From: an uncultured Gammaproteobacteria bacterium
GTDB taxonomy: Bacteria > Pseudomonadota > Gammaproteobacteria > Competibacterales > JAHEDQ01
Assembly (NCBI GenBank): GCA_963783675.1
Contig: CAWAOU010000010.1
Span: forward strand, 13,050-77,049
Direction of reading: 5' to 3'
DNA length: 64,000 nucleotides
Each line of letters begins with the position of its first letter. The first letter of the stretch is position 1. Positions 1 to 8,523 of the stretch are shown here, piece by piece. A model generated the notes under the pieces. The model saw only the letters and a program-made list of their open reading frames with translations. It made no database searches and had not been told where the DNA came from. The position numbers and the translations under genes are program-made.

Positions 1-1225
1 ACTTTTCCGGGGTCCGGTAGTCCAGTCCAAAGGTGACAAATGCCTTGGTTATGGCGCCGGTGGGGCGGCTGACCAGGAGTTCCAGGTGCCAGGATCCGGT
101 GGGATCGAATCCGGCGTCGGCCGGTACACGGAACAGATCCACCTCGTCGAATTCAGGCGCACCGTCACTGCGAACCCGGCGCAGTCGCTTATGCTGTCGG
201 TCCCGGAAGCGCAAGGCGTTATCGCCCTGGATGATCTGAAAACGATCGAAGATCCCGCCACGCACATAGCCGGAGCCCTTGAACGAGTAGCGGCCCCGGC
301 CGGCGAGCAGCAGCGCCTGCTCGCCTTCGGCCAGGGTTGTGCGAAGATTGGCGTACTCGTGAGTGCCCAGTAGACTGAGTCCGATGCTCGGGACTGAAAC
401 CAGGGCGGCGTAGAGTTCGACAAAGACGTCGTCCGGCTTGCCGGGTTCCGGCCTGCGCTGCGCCTCCGGATCCCCCGAACGCTCAAAAGCAGCGTTGACA
501 TCGGCCACTGTCAGACGAAGACGGCGCACCGATCCGTCACCCACCAGCCCAATCCAATCCAGGGTGTCCTGGCGCTCCGGGTCGATGCGCCTTACGGCCT
601 GTTTTGCGGTGGCGGGCGTCGGCGGCGACAGGCCTCCGAGACCCAATAGACGCGCGACCTTGACCGCCGACCGCAAGATGCTGTCGTCGATCACCATAAT
701 GGTTACGGTGGCGCCGCTGATGGCATCGACGGTCCGGTCCTTGGTCGGCCCGTTTGCCAGCGCGACCGCATCCACGCCCAGATAGTTGTCCAGCAGCCGG
801 GTAATCTTGTGCTCCGGAATACCGATCAGGACGATGGGCTCGTGGTGTTCGACCAGATGTGCGGCGCGGATTACGCCGGAGGTATCCAGTCCCACCAGAA
901 CGTGAATGGGTCGTCCCGAATAGCCGATCGCCTTGGAGAATTCCGTATTGAGATACAGGTACCCGAGCAGACCATCGGGTCCGAAAGCCCTGACCAGGGT
1001 TGGTGTGTCAGCGACTGTTTCGATGCGCACCGCGCCTGGAAACGCATCCCCTGGCGTGAGCTCCGAGAGATATCGATCCAGGGGGGCGGCGGTGGAGGTG
1101 GCCGCCAATCCGATCAAAACAAGGCCCAGCAGCAGCGATGCGAGGGGTTGCCTGCCGGCACCCAGAACGGTGCATGCGGCCCAGGCGCGATTCCTCCCGA
1201 CGCGGCTTCCGTCTGGTCTTTTCAC
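1..1225 (-). CDS. nosR: NosR/NirI family FMN-binding iron-sulfur flavoprotein, N-terminal part (runs off window start)
   Basis: Not in the ORF track because there is no stop in the window. Manual translation from GTG at 1225 gives a hydrophobic N-terminus, then GYSGRPIHVLVGLD...HHEPIVLIGIPE, the flavinylation motif DAISGATVT (~701-727) and SFKGSGYVRGGIFDR, all hallmarks of NosR/NirI. The start overlaps the upstream TGA (GTGA). Confidence 0.9.
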   Translation of the reverse strand, partial: MKRPDGSRVGRNRAWAACTVLGAGRQPLASLLLGLVLIGLAATSTAAPLDRYLSELTPGDAFPGAVRIETVADTPTLVRAFGPDGLLGYLYLNTEFSKAIGYSGRPIHVLVGLDTSGVIRAAHLVEHHEPIVLIGIPEHKITRLLDNYLGVDAVALANGPTKDRTVDAISGATVTIMVIDDSILRSAVKVARLLGLGGLSPPTPATAKQAVRRIDPERQDTLDWIGLVGDGSVRRLRLTVADVNAAFERSGDPEAQRRPEPGKPDDVFVELYAALVSVPSIGLSLLGTHEYANLRTTLAEGEQALLLAGRGRYSFKGSGYVRGGIFDRFQIIQGDNALRFRDRQHKRLRRVRSDGAPEFDEVDLFRVPADAGFDPTGSWHLELLVSRPTGAITKAFVTFGLDYRTPEK

Positions 1226-1509
1226 ACCACCGGGCTGCCGTAACCGCGGCTGAATGGCACCGGGCCGGACAAGGCCAGAATGTCGCCATCCTGAAGCAAG
1301 TGTTCGGACTCAATGCCCGACTGGAAACCAAAACCGCGCATGATGTTGTGACCGTTGTGCAGCACCAGAAAAATATCCGATTCCGGCACCGGCAGACTGC
1401 CCAGCACATCGGCCACCCTGGAACCGGTGGGTAGAGACAATGAGAAAAACGGCCGCTGACCGCCGAATCGCCCCAGGCTGTTGAACAGGCGAACCGTGAC
1501 CCTCACCAT
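1222..1509 (-). CDS. ThiS/MoaD-like (beta-grasp) small protein lacking the C-terminal Gly-Gly
   Basis: 95 aa with MoaD-like pattern (VTVRLF..L, T..DVL..L, LVLHNG, L.DGD.LAL). Ends SGPVPFSRGYGSPVV instead of GG. G-rich SD-like sequence upstream. Confidence 0.7.
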   Translation of the reverse strand: MVRVTVRLFNSLGRFGGQRPFFSLSLPTGSRVADVLGSLPVPESDIFLVLHNGHNIMRGFGFQSGIESEHLLQDGDILALSGPVPFSRGYGSPVV

Positions 1510-1575
1510 GACACCCCCGAAGTGGACTCAGACCATGAACTGCGGGGACGTTAGCAACGCAGTCAGGGGCTGCCC

Positions 1576-1589
1576 TTGACGGTGGTCAA
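1576..1589. promoter_or_regulatory. FNR/DNR/NNR-type binding site (TTGAC-GGTG-GTCAA)
   Basis: Perfect TTGAY-N4-RTCAA palindrome (flanked C...G) about 67 bp upstream of the ATG of the moaD-like/nosR operon. This spacing fits a class II promoter. Confidence 0.75.
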
Positions 1590-1604
1590 GTGGTGGTTCC
1601 GGGC

Positions 1605-1663
1605 GCCGGGGAACGCGGCAGATGTGCCCTTGTGGGCGAAACCCCGGCGGGGCCGGGCCTTTG
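1605..1663 (+). repeat. 59-bp dispersed repeat, fragment of the MITE interior at 37061-37119 (inverted)
   Basis: gccggggaacgcggcagatgtgcccttgtgggcgaaaccccggcggggccgggcctttg matches the reverse complement of 37061-37119 at 57/59 positions. Confidence 0.9.
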
Positions 1664-1781
1664 GGTTGGCCCTCTGCCACACCTGCACTTGCGGCGTCCT
1701 GGATTCAACCCATAATGCGGCAGAGTCCGCTGCCGGCCTGGATGCGCCGGCGCCGCCGGGCGGAATGACTCAACCGGAGAT

Positions 1782-4121
1782 TTGATGTTGGCCAGGAGCA
1801 ATCGCACACGACCCGATCAGCTTATGGCGAAAGCGGATCGCCTCCAGGCCTCTGGGGACAGCGCCGGTGCGCTCAAGATCTACCAGAAGATCCTCAAGAA
1901 TCAGCCGCGCCATGCGGAGATTTTGAGTCGGGCCGGGATTGCCGCCATACAATCCGGTAGGGCCAAGCGGGGCATCGCCTATCTTGAGCAGGTGTTGGCG
2001 CAGTATCCCACCGACGCCACGGCGCTCCACAATCTGGGGGCCGGGTACTTTCAATCCGGTGACTATACAAACGCGTCGAAGATCTACGCCCGGCTGGTGG
2101 AGGCGTCGCCTGGCGATGCTGCGGCACAGCTGTTTCTTGGCACCAGCCTGAGGCAACTCGGTCATCTCGAACAGGCCAGAGCGCCTATGGAGCGGGCCCT
2201 GGAACTTCAACCCACCGATATTGGGGCGATCAATAACCTGGGTGGACTGCTGCTGGAACTGGGTGATCCCGCTGCGGCTCTGGCGCTGTGCCAAAAAGGG
2301 CTGGAGCGGGCACCGGACGCTGAAGATCTCCAGCAGAACTGTGCCGGCGCCTTGGCGGCTTCCGGCCGCCATGATGAGGCCATCCACATACTGAAGCGAC
2401 TTGCCCAGGGCGCGTCTGGAGCCTTGGAACCTCAGCTGGCGTTGGCGAGGGGAATGGCCGATGCGGGCCGCCGTGGCGAGGCACTGACCGTGCTGCGGGG
2501 AACGCTGGAGAGGCATCCCGCCGCCGACGCCGCCTGGACGATGCTGAGCAAAACCTTGGCGGCTACGGATCCCAGTGATCTTGATCAACAGGCTCTCAGC
2601 GATGCAAGCCGCTGCATGGCCCGCAGTCCCGAGCTTGCGGCACGCATGAGCCGTCTGCTCTGCGCCGCGTTTCTTGACAACGACGCGGCAGTCCGCTGTC
2701 TGCGCGAGCTGGGCGCCGATGTGACGGCGGATCTGAATGCCGACGCGGTGCAACCAGTGCTCGATCTGTTGCGCCAGCCGCCGTTCATCGCGATGCTCAA
2801 CGGCCCGTTTTTGATTGACCCCGGGATGGAACGTCTGCTGACGGCGGTACGTCGGTGGGTGCTGCTTTCGTCCGTTTCGGGCGATGCAACCGGGGACGGC
2901 CTTGTGGACCTGACGCTGCTGTGCCCCCTGGCCTGCCAGTGTTTTGAGAACGAGTATGTGTTTATGGAGTCGCCGGAGGAGACGCGGGCGCTGGAAGCGC
3001 TGAAGGTGCTACTCGGCGCCGAAGCGACCTTGGGAATGACGCCGGAATATGCGCGTCGGCTCGCCCTGCTGGGGTGTTACCGGGGTCTGCACACGGTTGC
3101 GGTGGCTGAGGCCGTTAGCCAGGAGGACGCCGTCGCGATGGGGCGGGCCTTCGAGGCCCTGTTCCGACTGCAACTGGAAGCACCGCGACGGGAGGCGGTG
3201 TTGCGCTCGTCGATCAGGGCGTTGACTCCGATCGCCGACCAAACATCGAAAATCGTAGGCGCGCAGTACGAGGCCAATCCCTATCCCCGCTGGCAGCGTC
3301 TGGATTCGGTGGCGGCCAGGCCCCTGGGCGAACTTATGCTGTCACGGTATCCGATGCTTTCCGAGTTAAAGCCGGTTTGGTCAAACAGCCCGCAGGTTCT
3401 GGTGGCCGGCTGTGGCACCGGACGGCAAGCCATCCGCGCCGCTCAGCTTTACCAGGGATCGCGAATACTGGCCATGGACCTGAGCCTGGCCAGCCTGGGA
3501 TATGCCCAGCGCCAGGCTCAAGCCCATCGGGTGGCCAACATCGAATTTGCCCGGGGCGACATACTCGAGGCGGGCAGGATCAGCCGCCGCTTCGATGTGG
3601 TCAGCTGTACCGGCGTGTTGCATCATCTGGCGGATCCGGAGGGCGGATGGCGGCTTTTGCTGGAACGGCTCCGGCCCGGCGGCTTTATGCAGGTCGCGCT
3701 ATACAGCCGTCTCGCCCGTCTCTCGGTGTCCGCGGCTCGGGAATTCGCCCGCGACCACGGCTGGAACGGTGGCGTCGAGGACATTCGGCACTTCCGTCAG
3801 GCCCTGCTGGCCTTGCCGGAGTCCCATCCCGCCAGGGCGGTGAGCCGATTTAGGGATTTCTATGCTCTGTCGGAATGTCGGGATCTGGTGTTTCACCCCC
3901 AGGAGGACCTGTTCGACATTCCGCGCATCGGCCGATTCATCGACCAGGAAGGCTTGCGGTTTGTGGGGTTCGAGTTCGCCGACTGGACGCATCTGGGTGC
4001 CTTCAAACGGGCTCACCCGGGACAAGGTTCAGAAACGTCGCTGGCGCTTTGGGATGCGTTTGAAAACACACACCCCGATACCTTTGCCGGCATGTATGTG
4101 TTTTGGGTGATGAAGCCATAG
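1782..4121 (+). CDS. TPR-repeat protein with C-terminal class I SAM-dependent methyltransferase
   Basis: Multiple TPRs (ALHNLGA.Y, AINNLG.LL). QYEANPYPRW segment, motif I VLVAGCGTG, motif II DLS, and CTGVLHHL. Confidence 0.85.
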   Translation: MMLARSNRTRPDQLMAKADRLQASGDSAGALKIYQKILKNQPRHAEILSRAGIAAIQSGRAKRGIAYLEQVLAQYPTDATALHNLGAGYFQSGDYTNASKIYARLVEASPGDAAAQLFLGTSLRQLGHLEQARAPMERALELQPTDIGAINNLGGLLLELGDPAAALALCQKGLERAPDAEDLQQNCAGALAASGRHDEAIHILKRLAQGASGALEPQLALARGMADAGRRGEALTVLRGTLERHPAADAAWTMLSKTLAATDPSDLDQQALSDASRCMARSPELAARMSRLLCAAFLDNDAAVRCLRELGADVTADLNADAVQPVLDLLRQPPFIAMLNGPFLIDPGMERLLTAVRRWVLLSSVSGDATGDGLVDLTLLCPLACQCFENEYVFMESPEETRALEALKVLLGAEATLGMTPEYARRLALLGCYRGLHTVAVAEAVSQEDAVAMGRAFEALFRLQLEAPRREAVLRSSIRALTPIADQTSKIVGAQYEANPYPRWQRLDSVAARPLGELMLSRYPMLSELKPVWSNSPQVLVAGCGTGRQAIRAAQLYQGSRILAMDLSLASLGYAQRQAQAHRVANIEFARGDILEAGRISRRFDVVSCTGVLHHLADPEGGWRLLLERLRPGGFMQVALYSRLARLSVSAAREFARDHGWNGGVEDIRHFRQALLALPESHPARAVSRFRDFYALSECRDLVFHPQEDLFDIPRIGRFIDQEGLRFVGFEFADWTHLGAFKRAHPGQGSETSLALWDAFENTHPDTFAGMYVFWVMKP

Positions 4122-5190
4122 ACCTTGGGTCGTCTACGTCGGAAGGTGCGCGCCGTTCCTGATTACCCTTCCATTTTTTTCGGTAATCCCGCGGTGACTC
4201 CCCGGTCCAGGATTTGAACGCCCGGGAGAAACTGGTCGCGTCGGTAAATCCCAGTGCGCCTGCGATCTGCGCGACGGATTGTTGGGTCTCAGTGAGATAC
4301 TCGGTCGCACGGCGCTTTTTCAGTGCGGTAACCTCCGCCGACAGTGTGGTGCCGTTCGATTTCAGCAGCCGTTGCAGCGATTGGCGGCTCATGCCGGATA
4401 GCCGCGCCGCAAGGTCGACGCTCAGTCCAGGATCATGCAGGTGCAGTATCAGGACCTGCCGAAACCCCTCCAGAAAACCAACCGGGATCTTGAGCCTCTT
4501 CCCCTGCGTCGTGGGTGTCCGGGACATCTGCTGCCGATCCAATTGCAGCACCAGCCATTCGGTGGGAAACCGCGCCACCATCCCCATCCGGTCTCCACCG
4601 ATAAAGCTGGCGCCCATATAAGCGTCGGGCAGTGCTGTGGGATCGCACACGGTGATTCTCACCTCACCTGGATCCCAATGTGCTCCGGTACCGTGCTGCA
4701 GCAGGCGTAGCGTAAACGCCGCGGTGAAGGCGTCATTCTGTGCGGGCGCCATCTCCTGATGGGTCGTCCTCATTTCCTTGAAGTAAGAGTAGCCCGAGCA
4801 GATTTCCAGAACGTGTCGTGCCGAAGAGGCTTCGTCCTTGGCGGCCTGGATAAATCGGGTGAAGAACTCACCCAGCGTGGATGCCCGGGAAACCGCGTCG
4901 ACAAACGGGGGCCATCCGGCGAGATCCAATCGCTCTCCCACCCGGGCGCCCAGATAAGGGTCTGGTGAGGCGGAGGCCGCATCCTCCAGAAAACGGTGAA
5001 CAACCATGCTTGGAACAAATATGCTGGTATCGGCGACGCTCTGGCGGACCAGCCCATTGCTCGCCAGGACCACGTCGGCGTCCACCCCCAACTGATCCAG
5101 CTCCTCAACGAACGGCATAATCAGGCTCAGCCGCACCAGCGGAAGCGTCGGCCTCGCTAGCGTTTCATCACGCGATTTAATATCGATCAT
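4003..5190 (-). CDS. AraC-family transcriptional regulator (OruR/ArgR-like ligand domain + HTH)
   Basis: C-terminal AraC signature LGFTDATSFSRAFKSWTGESPRDYR. Probable ATG at 5190. The long tail overlapping the convergent gene may result from an indel in the T7 run at 4174-4180. Confidence 0.85.
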   Translation of the reverse strand: MIDIKSRDETLARPTLPLVRLSLIMPFVEELDQLGVDADVVLASNGLVRQSVADTSIFVPSMVVHRFLEDAASASPDPYLGARVGERLDLAGWPPFVDAVSRASTLGEFFTRFIQAAKDEASSARHVLEICSGYSYFKEMRTTHQEMAPAQNDAFTAAFTLRLLQHGTGAHWDPGEVRITVCDPTALPDAYMGASFIGGDRMGMVARFPTEWLVLQLDRQQMSRTPTTQGKRLKIPVGFLEGFRQVLILHLHDPGLSVDLAARLSGMSRQSLQRLLKSNGTTLSAEVTALKKRRATEYLTETQQSVAQIAGALGFTDATSFSRAFKSWTGESPRDYRKKWKGNQERRAPSDVDDPRSMASSPKTHTCRQRYRGVCFQTHPKAPATFLNLVPGEPV

Positions 5191-5450
5191 GGCGCCAGAA
5201 CATAGCAGACGGACGCTTTGCCGGCACAAAAGCTTCCGTATTGCGGAAAGTTTTTTAAATCAGTGATGCGATACGCAAAGTTACGTTACGACACTTCGAT
5301 TAAGCTCGACATTCTTTTGCACGCCAGAATGCTCAGCCTTCGCACCGGGAAACACCGCGCCAGGCGTTACCACGACACGACGCGGAGTCCCCATACCTGA
5401 TCATTCAACGACGGCGTGGTTGACAGGAATACTCTCGAGGAGCACCGGCC

Positions 5451-6839
5451 ATGAAATTGATGACAGCATTGACGGCGATCGGGCTGCTAGTTGGCGCGTG
5501 CGGCGCATTCGCGCAAGACGAGGAGCAGGGCCCGCCGCCGATCCTGTTCACCAATGTCCACGTTTTTGACGGCGTGAACGAGGCGCGGATCGAGAACGCG
5601 AACGTTCTGGTCGAAGGAAACCTGATCAAGACGGTGTCGACGGAAGCAATCGAAGCGGGTGATGCCACAGTCATCGACGGCGGCGGGCGGACACTGACAC
5701 CCGGTTTCATCGACAACCATGTGCATCTGATGCTGCCCGGTCCGACGCTTCCGTCAATGGAGGCGAACAGTACCTGGGAAGACCTCGCGATTGCGGGTGT
5801 CGCCTCGGCCGAGATGTATCTCATGCAGGGCTTTACAACCGTGCGGGATGCTGGTGGCGCTAACGCCGGTCTTCAGCGGGCCATTAACGCCGGAACGATT
5901 GTCGGGCCGCGTCTCTACCCTTCAGCCGCCTTCCTTAGCACCCGCGGCGGGCACGCTGATTTCGCGAACTTCACGGCACCAGTCGGGGAAACTTCCAATT
6001 TCGGCCGTTTGAACATGGCGCAGGAAGTTGACAGTGTTGCTGATGTTCAAAAGTTTGGGCGCAACAATTTCCGTATGGGCGCCAGCCAGCTGAAGTTCAT
6101 GCAGTCGGGCGGCGTCGTGTCGGTATTTGACCCATGGCAACTGATTGCAGGCTCACAGGCCGAGATCGAGGCGGCTGTGCAGGTTGCCAACGAATATGGC
6201 AGCTATGTCATGGCACATTCGTACCGGAAAGAAGCGATCCTGAACGCCTTGAACGCTGGCGTCCGCTCGATTGAACACGGTTTCATGTTCGACTGCGAAA
6301 TCTCCGAATTGATGAATGAAAAGGATGCCTACATCACCACCAACCTGACGGCATTCGATCCGAATCTGTTCGACATCCCTGCCATCAACCAGGTTCCTGC
6401 AAGTTTGCGCAAGGCAAAGTCCGCCGCAGCAGCATTTACTGACTACCTCGACAATATGCGGAAATGCCCGGCAAAGCGCGGACATCATACGGATTGTGTC
6501 GGCAGCGTTGATGCCTGCAACATCCAAATTGCTTATGAGAAGCATCTCGCGAATGAGTTTTTTGGTGCGCACACATCGCTTGTCGCGATGACGTCTGTAG
6601 GTGGCGAGATCGCTGCCATGACCGGGGATTTCATGAATCCCTATCCTGAGGGCAAGCTCGGCGTGATCGAAGAGGGCGCGTACGCTGACATCCTGATTTT
6701 GGATGGCAACCCGCTGGAAGATTTCTCGGTTGTTGGCACAGGTGACCAATGGTTCGGCGCAGCACCACGCCCGGATAGCCCCGAAACCATTCGGATCATT
6801 ATGAAGGACGGCGTGATCTATAAGAACACGCTGAACTGA
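5451..6839 (+). CDS. Secreted metal-dependent amidohydrolase (Xaa-Pro dipeptidase/prolidase-like subtype)
   Basis: Sec signal peptide (…GAFA/QD). Metal ligands DNHVH, carbamylatable Lys (QLKFM), MAHS, IEHG, Asp in HTD. C-terminal ADILILDGNP and IMKDG. SD GAGGAG. Confidence 0.9.
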   Translation: MKLMTALTAIGLLVGACGAFAQDEEQGPPPILFTNVHVFDGVNEARIENANVLVEGNLIKTVSTEAIEAGDATVIDGGGRTLTPGFIDNHVHLMLPGPTLPSMEANSTWEDLAIAGVASAEMYLMQGFTTVRDAGGANAGLQRAINAGTIVGPRLYPSAAFLSTRGGHADFANFTAPVGETSNFGRLNMAQEVDSVADVQKFGRNNFRMGASQLKFMQSGGVVSVFDPWQLIAGSQAEIEAAVQVANEYGSYVMAHSYRKEAILNALNAGVRSIEHGFMFDCEISELMNEKDAYITTNLTAFDPNLFDIPAINQVPASLRKAKSAAAAFTDYLDNMRKCPAKRGHHTDCVGSVDACNIQIAYEKHLANEFFGAHTSLVAMTSVGGEIAAMTGDFMNPYPEGKLGVIEEGAYADILILDGNPLEDFSVVGTGDQWFGAAPRPDSPETIRIIMKDGVIYKNTLN

Positions 6840-7241
6840 TTTCTCGGTGTCCGGGGATTCGGCTCTCGTCCGCAGTTCAACTTCGGCATTATCGATCTTA
6901 ACTGGAATGCGCCAGGCGGCGGCGAGATGGTCATGACCGGCATGGATGCCTTCGGTCAACCCACATTGACATACACAGTTCGAATTCAAGACTTGAGGCA
7001 TTGAGGAATAGGCCATGTCAGTCACGATACCCCCGGCGCAAAGGGGGTGGACCAGTCTGCATGACGGATTGACGATGGTCCTCAACCTGGCTGGCGCCAA
7101 CACAAACTGGTTTGATACCGACGCCGCGCGGTGGCGTCGCCGTCACCCGCGACCCAGTGATGCAGAACAGCGTGATCGCCCAAAACACCTTATGACGCGC
7201 CCGGCGCCTGGTATGTGCTCAGTTCGCACAGGGTACCTACA

Positions 7242-8450
7242 GTGATAGCACTCCTGCGCCACATTATTCCATTTGGCCTTTTGCTACTGCTCGGCCCACC
7301 CGTCGTTGCTCAGGATGGACAGTGGCTGCCGGTCACGGGCGTTGACACCCTGCGTGACTTCATCAGCGGCCTTACGGCCGAACGGACCCTGCCGAACGGG
7401 GAAGTGAGCCGAGGCGAGTACTTTGCCGACGGCACCGGTACGCTGTTCGCTTGGGGCGCTGCGGTTCCCCGGACCTGGTCCATCAAAGGCGACGATCGGA
7501 TTTGCATCGCCGAAAATGGCCCCACCGTGTGCTACCGACTCGAGCGCAACGCGGTCGAGCCTGATCGCTATCGGGCACGGGATGTACTGACAGGCAGATC
7601 GACAGAGTTTCGATTGACCGACGACACCATCGTCCTGGCCGGAGATGCCTCAGAGATTGGCAACGAAGGCGGTGCGGCCACGCCCTCGGCCGCCGAATTG
7701 GCCGCCGAGCTGGCGGATCCGAATACGGCGGTCGCCAGCTTGAACTTCAAGAACCAGTTCCGCTGGTTCGAAGGGGATCTGCCCGACGCCGACAGCCAAA
7801 CGGGGTACACGCTTATTTTTCAGCCGACGCTGCCTTTTGTGCTTCCGAGTGGCGACAAAATTCTTTGGCGGCCCGCGATACCTCTGCTGTTCGATCAGCC
7901 GGTTTTAGACGCTGGCGGGGGCGGATTCGACGGAGAAAGCGGGCTGGGGGATATCGTCTTCGACCTGGCGTATGCGCCGAAGACAGACGGCGGCTTGATA
8001 GTCGCCTATGGATTTATCATGTCGCTGCCGACCGCGACCAATGACCTGGGCAGCGATCGCTGGACACTGGGGCCGGAGTTTCTCATCGGCAAGGCCACGC
8101 CCAAGTATGTGACCGGCGTGTTTCCGAACCACCAGTGGGACATCGGCGGCTCCGGCAACAAGGACATCAGCCTGACGACCATCCAACCCTTCTACACCTA
8201 TCTGCCCGGAGGCGGCTGGAGCGTTGGCACCGGACCGACGATCACCTATGACTGGGAGGCGACGCAGTGGACGGTTCCGCTACAGATCAACGCCGGCAAG
8301 ACGGTGGTGATTGGCGGCAGACCATGGAAATTCTCGGCGGAACTGAACTATTACGTCGAAAAACCCGATGCGTTTGGTCCGGAGTGGATGCTTGGTATCA
8401 ACGTTGCCCCAGTGGTCAAGAACGGGCTCGCCAGCTGGTTCGGGCTTTGA
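7242..8450 (+). CDS. Outer-membrane transporter-like beta-barrel protein with N-terminal small secreted domain
   Basis: Signal peptide, ELAAELADPNT motif and GLGDIVF...PTAT...LGS.RW.LGP pattern (putative MetA-pathway/'neuromedin U'-annotated OM family). Start taken as GTG 7242. Confidence 0.65.
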   Translation: MIALLRHIIPFGLLLLLGPPVVAQDGQWLPVTGVDTLRDFISGLTAERTLPNGEVSRGEYFADGTGTLFAWGAAVPRTWSIKGDDRICIAENGPTVCYRLERNAVEPDRYRARDVLTGRSTEFRLTDDTIVLAGDASEIGNEGGAATPSAAELAAELADPNTAVASLNFKNQFRWFEGDLPDADSQTGYTLIFQPTLPFVLPSGDKILWRPAIPLLFDQPVLDAGGGGFDGESGLGDIVFDLAYAPKTDGGLIVAYGFIMSLPTATNDLGSDRWTLGPEFLIGKATPKYVTGVFPNHQWDIGGSGNKDISLTTIQPFYTYLPGGGWSVGTGPTITYDWEATQWTVPLQINAGKTVVIGGRPWKFSAELNYYVEKPDAFGPEWMLGINVAPVVKNGLASWFGL

Positions 8451-8523
8451 TACAGGTACAGTCGGCCCAACCGGTTCTGGCATGCCGGGGCAGGGCGATG
8501 ATGATTACGAGGAAACCGCGCGG

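Noticed and set aside
7015-7245. 76-aa ORF with SD-like GAGGA upstream
   Set aside because: No recognisable motif, and coding status cannot be supported from sequence alone.
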